Shown: positions 26,208-35,762 of the stretch, one piece after another
Position numbering within the stretch: the stretch's first letter is position 1
How the letters are laid out: each line of letters opens with the position of its first letter
Origin: a plasmid
Direction: 5' to 3' (one strand)
Sequence record: NZ_CP028351.1
Length of the DNA: 64,000 bases
Made by a program: the position numbers and the translations under genes
The notes under the pieces: model-generated
Told to the model about the DNA's origin: nothing
Seen by the model: the letters and a program-made list of their open reading frames with translations, nothing else
Database searches by the model: none

Positions 26208-28391
26208 GTGTTGTTATTAGAGAAACTCAATTTCAAATGGTTTAACCGCTTACCGATGATTCGTCAGTCACAGGCAGCGGAGTGTGGTCTGGCTTGTCTT
26301 GGCATGATAGCTAATTATCACGGCCATCAGATCGACATGATCACGTTACGTCGTCAGTTCGCTACATCGCTCAAAGGCGCCACACTGGCTGATGTCATCG
26401 CTATGGCACAACAGCTCAATATGACTTCCCGCGCACTGCGAGTGGAAATGGAAGAGCTGTCTAAACTGCGCATGCCCTGCATTCTTCACTGGGAACTGAA
26501 CCACTTTGTGGTATTGAAGAAAGTACGCGGCAATAAAATCACCATTCACGATCCCGCGCGTGGGATCCGCGAACTGACCTTTAAAGAAGCATCGACCGCC
26601 TTTACCGGTGTCGCGCTGGAGCTGGTTCCCTCTTCCACCTTTGAAGTAAAAGAAGAGAAAGAAAGCATCTCAATGATGAAGCTGGTGGGCAGCGTGACCG
26701 GGGTAAAGTCTGCCTTTGCTCAGGTGCTCATCCTCTCAATCGCACTGGAGCTATTCGGCGTCCTCGGCCCCTTCTTTATGCAATGGGTGATGGATATGGT
26801 GCTGGTTTCTGCTGACTATTCTTTACTGTCGCTGCTCGGTGTGGGCTTTATCATGATCGCGCTGTTTCAGACTATCGTTACAGCGTTGCGCTCATGGGTA
26901 ATGAGCTGGTTCTCAAGCCAGCTTAGTGTGCAGTGGACCATAAACGTCTGTCACCATATGTTAAAGCTGCCGCTGGAATGGTTCGAATCACGCCACGTCG
27001 GAGACATTCTTTCTCGTTACGGTTCGCTTAATACGATTCAGAGTACACTGACTTCCCGTTTCATCAGCACCGTACTGGACGGTGTCATGTCAATCGTTAC
27101 GGTAGTGATGCTTTTCATCTATAACGCGCAACTGGCGTGGCTGGTCATTGGACTTTTTCTCGCCTATGCACTGCTGCGTTTTATGGCCTACGATCCGGTT
27201 CGCCGCGCCAATGAAGAACAAATCATCAGCTCGGCCCGTACCCAATCGTCTCTGCTTGAAACGCTGCGTGGGATCCAGGCGGTTAAAACCAATAATAAAC
27301 AGGTACCCCGACTCTCGGCTTACATGAACTTTCTGGTGGATACCACCAATAAAGGCATCGTGATTCAGAAGCTCAACATCCTGTTCGGTTCGGCTCAGGG
27401 ACTGCTAACCTCAGTGGGCCGTGTGGTTCTGGTCTGGCTTGCTGCCCTGCAAGTTTTGGATGGCAACTTCTCTGCCGGTATGCTGACCGCCTTTATCAGC
27501 TTTTCAGATCAATTCATGAGTCGCGGTTCAGGTTTGATCAATGCCATCATCGATTTCCGTATGCTGAGAATGCATGGTGAACGCCTTGCCGATATTGTTC
27601 TGTCTGAAACAGAAGTCAGTTCTGAGGGCAATCCAGGTCTGGTTAGTAAGGAAACCGACAAGGAGACAGACGTACCGCAGGATATCAAGCTTATCAATCT
27701 CCGTTTTCGTTATGCGCCGACTGAACCCTGGGTTGTCGATGGTGCAAATCTGGAGATTAAAGCGGGTGAAAGCCTTGCCATCGTGGGGCCATCCGGCCAG
27801 GGTAAAACTACGATGGCCAAACTTATTCTTGGCCTGCTACACCCGGAAGAAGGCACCATCACCGTGGGTGGCATGGACATCACTCAGACCGGACTTGAAC
27901 ATCACCGTAATCGCATCGGCTGCGTAATGCAGGATGACATTCTCTTTTCAGGCTCAATCAGCGAGAACATCAGCTTCTTTGATAACGAACCCGATCACGC
28001 AAAAATTACCCGCGTGGCCCGTCTGGCTCAGATTCATGGCGATATCATGAAAATGCCGATGAATTATCAAAGCCTTGTAGGTGATATGGGCTCGTTTTTA
28101 TCAGGTGGCCAGCTACAACGTATCCTGCTGGCGCGCGCACTCTATCGCGAACCTAAAATCCTGGTACTGGATGAGGCCACCAGTCATCTGGATATCTATA
28201 ACGAAGCCCAGATCAACAACGCAATTAAGCAGATGATGATCACCAGAATCATCATTGCACACCGTCCGGAAACTATCCGCAGTGCCGATAAAATCGTCCT
28301 GTTAAATAACGGTAAGCTCAGCGAAGTCACGGCAGAGCAGTTATTTGGCCAGACAACAACCCATAATAAAACGGAGATTACCCATGGATAA
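26208..28391 (+). CDS. cvaB-like: Bacteriocin/microcin-processing ABC exporter with an N-terminal C39 peptidase domain (CvaB/MchF family)
   Basis: LLLEKLNFKWFNRLPMIRQSQAAECGLACLGMIANYHGHQIDMITLRRQF...ILHWELNHFVVL...IHDPARGIRELTFKE is near-colinear with CvaB (INLLDLRWQRRVPVIHQTETAECGLACLAMICGHFGK...ILHWDFSHFVVL...LHDPARGIRYISREE). Walker A GPSGQGKTT and the signature LSGGQLQR are present. A GTG start at 26208 with an AAGG SD avoids overlap with the cvaA-like stop. Confidence 0.9.
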   Translation: MLLLEKLNFKWFNRLPMIRQSQAAECGLACLGMIANYHGHQIDMITLRRQFATSLKGATLADVIAMAQQLNMTSRALRVEMEELSKLRMPCILHWELNHFVVLKKVRGNKITIHDPARGIRELTFKEASTAFTGVALELVPSSTFEVKEEKESISMMKLVGSVTGVKSAFAQVLILSIALELFGVLGPFFMQWVMDMVLVSADYSLLSLLGVGFIMIALFQTIVTALRSWVMSWFSSQLSVQWTINVCHHMLKLPLEWFESRHVGDILSRYGSLNTIQSTLTSRFISTVLDGVMSIVTVVMLFIYNAQLAWLVIGLFLAYALLRFMAYDPVRRANEEQIISSARTQSSLLETLRGIQAVKTNNKQVPRLSAYMNFLVDTTNKGIVIQKLNILFGSAQGLLTSVGRVVLVWLAALQVLDGNFSAGMLTAFISFSDQFMSRGSGLINAIIDFRMLRMHGERLADIVLSETEVSSEGNPGLVSKETDKETDVPQDIKLINLRFRYAPTEPWVVDGANLEIKAGESLAIVGPSGQGKTTMAKLILGLLHPEEGTITVGGMDITQTGLEHHRNRIGCVMQDDILFSGSISENISFFDNEPDHAKITRVARLAQIHGDIMKMPMNYQSLVGDMGSFLSGGQLQRILLARALYREPKILVLDEATSHLDIYNEAQINNAIKQMMITRIIIAHRPETIRSADKIVLLNNGKLSEVTAEQLFGQTTTHNKTEITHG

Positions 28392-28815
28392 GACTATTTG
28401 CCGCTTCACTGAAGGCACAATTACCTTGCCGGAAGGCTACTGCGAACGAACACTGAATACGCTGGCTGATACCCGATCTGTTCTGCCACCAATCACTATT
28501 TCCCGTGATAAGTTAGGCGACCATAACAACCCGGAAGAGTATATCCTTAGCCAGCTCGCTATCCTGCAAAAGCAGATGAAAGACTGGCAACAGGAAGCCC
28601 ATCAGCCAGTAGTTTTGGGGGACAACCTGACTACGGGAATCATGATCAGTTATGATTTCCTGCGACCAGATAATCTTCGTCTTTATCAGAAACAAGCTTT
28701 ATTCACGCTTAATATGGAAGACATATTGATTTTCTCTCTGTCGAAGGCGAGTCCTATTACCGCAGCAGATCTTCAGTTGTTCTCAGATACGCTAAAGAGT
28801 TTCCGTACCTGGTAA
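28384..28815 (+). CDS. DUF1795 (EagR/DcrB-like) protein translationally coupled to the ABC exporter
   Basis: The ATG at 28384 overlaps the exporter's TAA stop. MDKTICRFTEGTITLPEGYCERTLNTL...PITISRDKLGDHNNPEEYILSQLAILQKQMKDW...ILIFSLS...LKSFR follows the DUF1795 pattern (F.EG.F.VP..WQDRSM.VL...LVISRDEL...FD.YV.SQL..L...). Confidence 0.45.
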   Translation: MDKTICRFTEGTITLPEGYCERTLNTLADTRSVLPPITISRDKLGDHNNPEEYILSQLAILQKQMKDWQQEAHQPVVLGDNLTTGIMISYDFLRPDNLRLYQKQALFTLNMEDILIFSLSKASPITAADLQLFSDTLKSFRTW

Positions 28816-28890
28816 TCAGTCGTGTACAGATAAAAAAACCGGAAGGGAGTTAACTCTTCCGGTTTGCGTTTCACTAATCAGTTACTGCGT

Positions 28891-29388
28891 TTAGTAACGC
28901 TGGCAGGTGAAAAGATAGGAGAGCGGCCCGCCGACCAGATAAGTTTTTTTATCAATTTGCGTGATATCCAGTTGCAGATAACCAGGATCGAGTGTGATCT
29001 CTGCCAGGAGAAGATTAAACACAGCATCCGGTGTAGTGTCGTTAGTTGAAGTAATGGTCGTTCTTAATTTGTAGCGATAAGTGTCGCTATCGATTTTATT
29101 ACCGGCACTCAGTGCAATACGTCGATTAAGGATGGTCACCTTATCACCAAAAGTAACCTGCCCATTCATTAACAGATAGCCGAGCTTAGAATCAATAAAA
29201 CGTAAATCCTGAGAAACAACAAACTCAATCTTTTGATCATCATGACGGCTAAGATCGTAGCGGCTGAATGCTGAGCAGCGGAAAGGCAGGTCGTCAGGCC
29301 GGGGCTTCACGTAATTAATTCCCGCGAAGACCAGCAGCAGCATCACAGCCAGGGTTATCGTCAGCGTGAGGGTAGCGTTCCGTTTCAA
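28891..29388 (-). CDS. ToxS-like small membrane-anchored periplasmic partner protein
   Basis: 165 aa with the N-terminal TM segment LTLTITLAVMLLLVFAGI. It lies immediately downstream of the ToxR-like regulator and overlaps it by 4 nt. Confidence 0.4.
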   Translation of the reverse strand: MKRNATLTLTITLAVMLLLVFAGINYVKPRPDDLPFRCSAFSRYDLSRHDDQKIEFVVSQDLRFIDSKLGYLLMNGQVTFGDKVTILNRRIALSAGNKIDSDTYRYKLRTTITSTNDTTPDAVFNLLLAEITLDPGYLQLDITQIDKKTYLVGGPLSYLFTCQRY

Positions 29389-30218
29389 AGCGGTCTCCAG
29401 TCAAGATAATAGAAGTTATCGCAGGAAACGATATGGCCACTGCTGTTTAGGTTACAGGCGGAAAGAATGGTCCTGCCATAATCTTTAGTTGTGAATGCCG
29501 TGTTTTTATCGAAATAGATGCGTCGTCCTGATAGACAGGATTGATTATTCTCTTTAAGGATTTCCAGAATCTGCTTATCCAGTGACTTTTGCTCAAAAAC
29601 ATCCAGCCCCTGAATAATGACCGCCTCGCAACCACCTTCCAGTTTGATGGTACTCATAGCAGAATTCTTTGCAGCGGGATCCCCTGAAGTGATGTACCTG
29701 AAAGCACCACCCAGCAACATCAGCATGATAAGGACGACTATGACCTGTCTTAAGTTGAAAAAAGATTTTTTAACAGGCTTGTTTGCGATAACTGGATCGG
29801 ATGATAGTGAGTAGCTATCCTGGCTGGAATCAACATTTTCCTCAGGCATTTCATCAGCCTGAAGCTTCCCCACAACCACAGCCGGGGAGTGTTTATGTTC
29901 AATTTTAATGTCAGTATTTAGTCGGATGCCGATTTTCGGAATGGTGATAATCAGATTTTCACAACCATAAGCCGCAAGCGCTCTGCGCAGAATACTCAGA
30001 TACTGGTTCAGATTACTGTTTGATCCACGCAGCCCATATTTATCCCAGACTTCGGTCAGCAGGGTTTCGCGCGCCAGTATTTCTCCCTGGGAATTCAGTA
30101 ACTGCTCAAACAGCCGGCCCGATGAAATACTCAGACTCAGCGTGTCCTGAGTAGGAATATGGCTCAGCGTACAATCATCTGAATTATAGGTAATCTGGTC
30201 ATCGATAATGTAAATCAT
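29385..30218 (-). CDS. ToxR/CadC-like membrane-bound transcriptional activator (OmpR-type wHTH, TM, periplasmic domain)
   Basis: N-terminal wHTH ...GEILARETLLTEVWDKYGLRGSNSNLNQYLSILRRALA..., a single TM segment (VIVVLIMLMLLGGAF), and a C-terminal periplasmic domain with two Cys residues. Confidence 0.65.
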   Translation of the reverse strand: MIYIIDDQITYNSDDCTLSHIPTQDTLSLSISSGRLFEQLLNSQGEILARETLLTEVWDKYGLRGSNSNLNQYLSILRRALAAYGCENLIITIPKIGIRLNTDIKIEHKHSPAVVVGKLQADEMPEENVDSSQDSYSLSSDPVIANKPVKKSFFNLRQVIVVLIMLMLLGGAFRYITSGDPAAKNSAMSTIKLEGGCEAVIIQGLDVFEQKSLDKQILEILKENNQSCLSGRRIYFDKNTAFTTKDYGRTILSACNLNSSGHIVSCDNFYYLDWRPL

Positions 30219-30392
30219 TAAGAAATCACTGAATTTGCGCTCATTTCCGACAGTATAATTCAGCTGATCTCAAGAAGCACGAATGAGTCCTGAATCAATC
30301 AACGCATAGAGGTGACGTTTAACTGGCATTAAAATGCGACAGGCATGAAGATCTGCAGCCTGCCGCATCGTTCTCGTGATTAATTCCGGCTT

Positions 30393-31315
30393 TCAGGGCT
30401 GATTCTCTGCGGCAAACGCCGGGTAATTAGCCTGCGTGATAGTCTTATAGGGGATCCAGTTCAACGGGTCGACTTTCTGTTTATCCAGCAACGCCTTAAC
30501 GATCTTAACCGCTCCTGTCGCCTGCCCCTTAGCATCCTGGAAAATTGTCAGCGTCATCTTTCCATTTTTAACAAACTGCTGACCGTCGGGCGTACCATCA
30601 ATTCCGGCGACCAGAATGTGACTGTTTTTCGCCTGACTCAGCGCCATGATCGCGCCGATGGCCATTTCATCATTATTTGCAGCAATCGCATCAATGGGTC
30701 GCTGATTAAGCAGCCATCCCGACACCACGTCTACCGCTTCATTGCGCTGCCAGCGTGCGGTCTGTTTTTCAATCACCGCCATCTGCTTATATTTAGCGAT
30801 CACGGCTTCAACAGCGCGTGTCCGTTCACGCGCTTCTTCGTTCGATAATGCACCCATTAAAATAGCGACATTGCCACGGTAGTTCATCTGTTTTGCCAGC
30901 GCCTCCATCTGCATCTCACCTCCCAGAGCAGAGTCCGAACCGACATAGGCCATATTGACCGGCAGTTTCACTTCCGGCTTGCGGTTAACAAACACCAGCG
31001 GAATGCCTGCGGCTTCTGCCGCTTTCACCATCGGCAGTATGCCCTGGGTATCGACCGGATTAAGAATAATTGCATCCACGCCCTGATTGATAAAATCCTC
31101 AACCTGCTGAACCTGAAGCGCAACATCACCTTTGGCATCGACAAACTACCCCTCCATATTCAGCGCCTTTATCTCACCCACCATCTGAGTTCGCAGAATT
31201 GAGACGAAGTTAAGGTCGAAATTCGCCAGTGCAACCCCGATTTTTGGTGTTTTCGCCCAGGCAGTAACGCTAATCAGCAGGCTGAGCAGCAGTGCTAACA
31301 ACATTCTGGTTTTCA
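30393..31315 (-). pseudogene. Sugar ABC-transporter periplasmic substrate-binding protein (RbsB-like) interrupted by an in-frame amber codon
   Basis: The frame MKTRMLLALLLSLLISVTAWAKTPKIGVALANFDLNFVSILRTQMVGEIKALNMEG-TAG-FVDAKGDVALQVQQVEDFINQGVDAIILNPVDTQG... is continuous apart from the TAG at about 31146-31148. There are no permease or ATPase genes nearby. Confidence 0.7.
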
Positions 31316-31386
31316 TCGTGTATTCCTGTAGGGTAATTTTTATTGAGTAAACCACCGGGCAACAGGCAAATACCCGGTGGAATCGC

Positions 31387-32166
31387 TTATAACGTAAAAT
31401 GATTGCGGAACTGCGCCAGCGCGGTTTCGCTGTCACCTGCGGCCCAACCCTCCAGCGCAATAACGCCGCTGTAGCCCATGTGATTCAGCGTACGGGCGAT
31501 GGCACGATAGTTAATTTCTCCGGTGCCCGGCTGCATCCGGCCCGGCACATCGGCTACCTGAATCTCCCCGATGGCGTCACCACAGCGGCGGATAAGCGCG
31601 ATCAGATTTCCCTCTCCAATCTGCGCATGATAGAGGTCAAGGTTCATCTTCAGAGCCGGGCTGCTGACCGCTTCGACCAGAGCCAGCGTATCGGCAGCTC
31701 GCGCAAATGGCGTACCCGGATGATCCACCGCCAGATTGAGGTTTTCGAGGGTAAAAACCCGACCGGCTTGTTCGCCCAGTGCAGCCACACGGCGCAGGGT
31801 GTCGGCCGCTTTAAGCCACATCTCGCCGGTCACCAACTCAATCGGACGAACCGCCTGGCCGCTGGCATCCAGTCCGGTGCCATGCAGATTCAGGCGCGGG
31901 CAGTTCAGACGTTCTGCAACCGCCAGTGAGGTTTCTGCGCTTTGCAGTAGCTGCGCAATCTCATCATCATCGGTCAGGTTCCCGCTGAGGTAGCCTGTCA
32001 TGGAGGTAAAACGTGCGCCTGTTGCCACCAGCGCGTCGATATCTTTATTAGCCCAGTTCCAGATCTCCACCCCAAATCCCAGCGCATGGATCTTTTCCAC
32101 ACGCGCGATAATGGGCAGATCGAGAAACACCATCTCGGCACAGACTGACAGCTGATAACCGGCCAT
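31387..32166 (-). CDS. Hydroxypyruvate isomerase-like (Hyi / xylose-isomerase TIM-barrel family) sugar-phosphate isomerase
   Basis: The C-terminal MQPGTGEINYRAIARTLNHMGYSGVIALE matches Hyi GEPGTGEINYDYLFKVIENSDYNGWVGCEY. It is 259 aa. Confidence 0.8.
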   Translation of the reverse strand: MAGYQLSVCAEMVFLDLPIIARVEKIHALGFGVEIWNWANKDIDALVATGARFTSMTGYLSGNLTDDDEIAQLLQSAETSLAVAERLNCPRLNLHGTGLDASGQAVRPIELVTGEMWLKAADTLRRVAALGEQAGRVFTLENLNLAVDHPGTPFARAADTLALVEAVSSPALKMNLDLYHAQIGEGNLIALIRRCGDAIGEIQVADVPGRMQPGTGEINYRAIARTLNHMGYSGVIALEGWAAGDSETALAQFRNHFTL

Positions 32167-33179
32167 TAGCGTGCTCCCAGCAGAATGGGTTTACGTTGTC
32201 TGACTGATTCAATGCAGGCCAGCGCAATTTCCAGCGCGTTGCGCGCATCGGTGCCGGTCGCACGCGGTTTATCACCGTGCAGAATTGCGCGCGCAAACTC
32301 TGTCATTTCAGCAACATATGCCTCACGCAGCAGATCTGTATCCAGCCGGGAGGTGGCGATTGCAATACCGTCGGCGTGATAGCGTACGCAGTTATCCTGA
32401 TTGATATTGCCTGTCTGCAGCATGCCTTTGCTGCCAAACACTTCGCCGCGAACGTCATAGCCGTAAACGGCCTGGAAGCTGGCTTCCGCCGTGGCTATCG
32501 CTCCGTTATCAAAGCGAATTGTCACCACCGAGGTATCAAGTAACCCTTTATCTTTAAAATCAGGCCGTACCAGCGCATCAGCCAGCGCATAGACTTCGAC
32601 AGGTCGCGCCCCCGGATTAAAGTGCAGCAGAGTGTCAAAATCATGGATCAGGGTTTCAAGAAAGATGGTCCATTGCGGGATCGGGGCCGGATCGCGCAGG
32701 CCTGGATCGCGGGTCACAGAGCGGCTTAACTGGGTGGTGCCATTGTTGCCCGCCCTGATCGCTTCAATGGCTGCGGCGAAGCCCGTACTGAACCGACGAT
32801 TGAACCCGACCTGCAACACGACCCCCGCGTCCACAGCGGCAGCGATAGCCCGATCGGCTTCCTGCAGCGTCACCGCCATCGGTTTTTCGCAGAAAATATG
32901 TTTGCCCGCCTGCGTGGCGGCGATCACCAGTTCAGCATGCGTGCGGGCGGGTGTAGCAATAGCAACCGCATCTATTTCACTGTCATTAAGCAACGCCTGG
33001 ATATCGGTATAGGCTTTCTGCACTCCCAGCCGATCCGCCAGTTGCTGCGCTGCGCCAGGCTGCAGATCGGCAACGGCTGTCAGCCGGGCGCCGGGCACCC
33101 GTAGCGCCAGGTTTTCTGCATGAAAACTGCCCATGCGGCCAGCGCCAATCAATCCCACTCGTACCGTTTTAAGACTCAT
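32166..33179 (-). CDS. Gfo/Idh/MocA oxidoreductase (inositol/scyllo-inositol dehydrogenase-like), paralog of the 2117-3130 gene
   Basis: MSLKTVRVGLIGAGRMGSFHAENL Rossmann motif. HIFCEKPMA. GFNRRF. Confidence 0.85.
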   Translation of the reverse strand: MSLKTVRVGLIGAGRMGSFHAENLALRVPGARLTAVADLQPGAAQQLADRLGVQKAYTDIQALLNDSEIDAVAIATPARTHAELVIAATQAGKHIFCEKPMAVTLQEADRAIAAAVDAGVVLQVGFNRRFSTGFAAAIEAIRAGNNGTTQLSRSVTRDPGLRDPAPIPQWTIFLETLIHDFDTLLHFNPGARPVEVYALADALVRPDFKDKGLLDTSVVTIRFDNGAIATAEASFQAVYGYDVRGEVFGSKGMLQTGNINQDNCVRYHADGIAIATSRLDTDLLREAYVAEMTEFARAILHGDKPRATGTDARNALEIALACIESVRQRKPILLGAR

Positions 33180-33505
33180 AACTGCTCCTGTCATTTATTG
33201 TCAGCCCGTCAGAGCTGGGTAGGGTTCGGAGTTCGCCTGCACTTCAGCAGCAAAACGACCGGATTCTGAACGCATCATTGGCTCAGTGTGTTCCGGCAAA
33301 ACGCGCCATCCATTTTGCCGGCCCGTCAGTGCCGGATGTTCCGTTCAGGACTCAGTGACGCCGGACAACATCGGGATATCAAAGCCGGAGGTCGTGCCGT
33401 TCTGTCATGCCGTAAGTCAGATAAACAGCAGTAACTTCAGATTTTGTTTACGCATAACCGCTTAACTTTCAGGTTATTTTTAACCGGTGAGCGTTATCAA
33501 CAGCG

Positions 33506-33523
33506 TTGCAAAGCGGATGCCAG
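33506..33523 (-). promoter_or_regulatory. Candidate sigma-54 (-24/-12) promoter facing the oxidoreductase/isomerase operon
   Basis: The reverse complement reads cTGGCATccgctTTGCAa, which has the GG-N10-GC spacing of the TGGCAC-N5-TTGCW consensus. It is divergent from the sigma-54 activator gene. Confidence 0.4.
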
Positions 33524-33644
33524 TTTTTAAGCAGGTGTTTCTGTGAACGCGCTCGCAGAAGCCTCTTCATAACTGAAACTAAAATGTACATGTCAACTTA
33601 ACATGTCATTAAAATGGACATTTCATCAACGTCGGGAGAGTGGA

Positions 33645-35606
33645 ATGCAATCGCTGCATGATTTATTGCCAAATAAAGAAGAGAGCGACGCCATATTCAA
33701 CCTGCCGGACAGCAGTGACGCGGCACAGTGGGAAACACAGCTGGTGCGCGGCTGGCAGGCGTTTATCCAGGGTGAAAAGCCACACTGGATCCGCCGCAGT
33801 ATTCTGCAATCCTGGGCACGCTCACGCGAGCATCACATCGATCCGACGCACTTCTGCTACACCCCGGTCGCCCCGTCAGAGCTGGCCGCTATCCTGAGTC
33901 ATCACAGCGAGCTGATCGCCGTGGCTCATAGCGTGATGGAGAATCTGCTGGCCTATAATCCCGATGGACACATTAATCTGACCGATGCTCAGGGCGTTGT
34001 GCTGAGCTTCTGCGGCAGTGACCTGACGCCGGTTGGCAGCGTTCTGCGTGAGGAAATTCTGGGCACGAACTGCACCGCGCGCTGCCTGCGCGAGCAGCGG
34101 CTGGTATACGTGCTGAGTGGGGAAAACTGGAAAATCGCACTGCGTAAACGTAACCGGCAGTGTGCCGCAGCGCCCATCCGGGATGCCAGCGGTCAGATGA
34201 CTGGCGTGCTGACGCTGACCGCCACTCCTGATAACTTCAATGCCCATACGCTGGGAACGGTACAGGCCGCCGCAGAAGCGATCGGCCAGCAGCTGACGCT
34301 GCGCCGCCTGCTGGCCGAGCAGCAGTCGATACTGGAAAACCTGAATGAAGGCGTGGTGGTCTGCGACCGCGAGGGACGCATCAAAACGCTGAATCGCTAT
34401 GCGCGTCAGATCTTTGCCGGTCTTGATGCCGGTAACGCTTCGATTGACCAGCTGCTGCAACCTCAGTCTGGTTCGCTGCTTACCCTGCCCTGCTGCAATG
34501 ACCGTGAGATGGTTTTCCGCCCTGATGGCAGGCACAGCGTCTCCTGTCTGGTCTCGCTGATGCCGGCCCCGGACGGCGGGCGTATCCTCTCGCTTCGGGA
34601 AAACCAGCGCATTCGCGCCATTACGCGACGGGTTCTCGGCGTCAGCGCCAGTTATACCTTTGATATGATACGCGGTCAGGCCCCCACGCTTCAGCAGGCG
34701 CTTCAGGATGCCCGCGCCAGCAGTCGCAGTGACAGTACCGTTCTGCTGACCGGTGAAAGCGGAACCGGCAAAGAACTGTTTGCTCAGGCGATCCACAACG
34801 CCAGTAGCCGGGCAAATGAGTCCTTTGTCGCCGTCAACTGCGGCGCGCTGCCGCGTGATCTGGTACAGAGCGAGCTGTTCGGCTACGTCGATGGTGCCTT
34901 TACCGGTTCACGGCGCGGTGGGTCGGCAGGCAAGTTTGAACTGGCCGACGGGGGCACACTGTTTCTGGACGAGATTGGCGAGATGCCGCTGGAGGCACAG
35001 ACCAGCCTGCTACGCGTGCTGCAGGAGAGTGAAGTACTGCGCATCGGGGCAGCGTATCCGGTAAAAGTGGATGTCCGTATTATCGCGGCGACCCACTGCG
35101 ATCTGCAAAGCGCAGTCGAACAAGGTGCCTTCCGGCGTGACCTGTTCTATCGCCTGAATGTCATTTCGCTGACCATCCCCGCCTTGCGTGAACGGCAAAG
35201 CGATATTCCCGATCTGGTGAATACCTTTATCCGCACGCTGTGTCAGCGGCTGAATAAACTGCCTCCGCAGGTCAGTCCTGAAGCAATGAACGCTCTTGAG
35301 GACTGGCACTGGCCTCGCAACGTGCGTGAGCTGGAAAATCTGGTGGAGCGAATCGTCAATCTTTGCCAGAGCCATATTATCGACCTCGCCGATTTGCCGC
35401 CCGCGATGGTGACCCGCAGTGATGCTGAAAACTCTACGTCTGCCAGCAGTCTGCTGCAGGATAATGAGCGAGCCTGCATCCTGCAGACACTGCGCGATCA
35501 GGGCGGAAATATGCGTCAGTCCGCTAAACTACTGGGTATTTCACGTACGGCGCTTTACAACAAGCTCAATCAATGGAACATCGCCATCGACACGCTGCGT
35601 CAGTAA
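33645..35606 (+). CDS. Sigma-54-dependent enhancer-binding transcriptional activator (AcoR/DhaR-like: GAF/PAS, AAA+, Fis-type HTH)
   Basis: AAA+ sigma-54 interaction motifs [28 protein letters not shown] and [13 protein letters not shown]-terminal [23 protein letters not shown] precedes the start. Confidence 0.85.
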   Translation: MQSLHDLLPNKEESDAIFNLPDSSDAAQWETQLVRGWQAFIQGEKPHWIRRSILQSWARSREHHIDPTHFCYTPVAPSELAAILSHHSELIAVAHSVMENLLAYNPDGHINLTDAQGVVLSFCGSDLTPVGSVLREEILGTNCTARCLREQRLVYVLSGENWKIALRKRNRQCAAAPIRDASGQMTGVLTLTATPDNFNAHTLGTVQAAAEAIGQQLTLRRLLAEQQSILENLNEGVVVCDREGRIKTLNRYARQIFAGLDAGNASIDQLLQPQSGSLLTLPCCNDREMVFRPDGRHSVSCLVSLMPAPDGGRILSLRENQRIRAITRRVLGVSASYTFDMIRGQAPTLQQALQDARASSRSDSTVLLTGESGTGKELFAQAIHNASSRANESFVAVNCGALPRDLVQSELFGYVDGAFTGSRRGGSAGKFELADGGTLFLDEIGEMPLEAQTSLLRVLQESEVLRIGAAYPVKVDVRIIAATHCDLQSAVEQGAFRRDLFYRLNVISLTIPALRERQSDIPDLVNTFIRTLCQRLNKLPPQVSPEAMNALEDWHWPRNVRELENLVERIVNLCQSHIIDLADLPPAMVTRSDAENSTSASSLLQDNERACILQTLRDQGGNMRQSAKLLGISRTALYNKLNQWNIAIDTLRQ

Positions 35607-35762
35607 ATTAATCTTAAAACGCAGTAACTGGCCTGGCGGCCTGCAAGAATAATTCTTACGCGGCAATTCATAGCTTTTCGCCGCAGCAGGACTTAAAATG
35701 TGACCACCCATAACAGTGGTCACTGAATTTATCACCCACCTTCAATTTGTCAGGCTATCACA

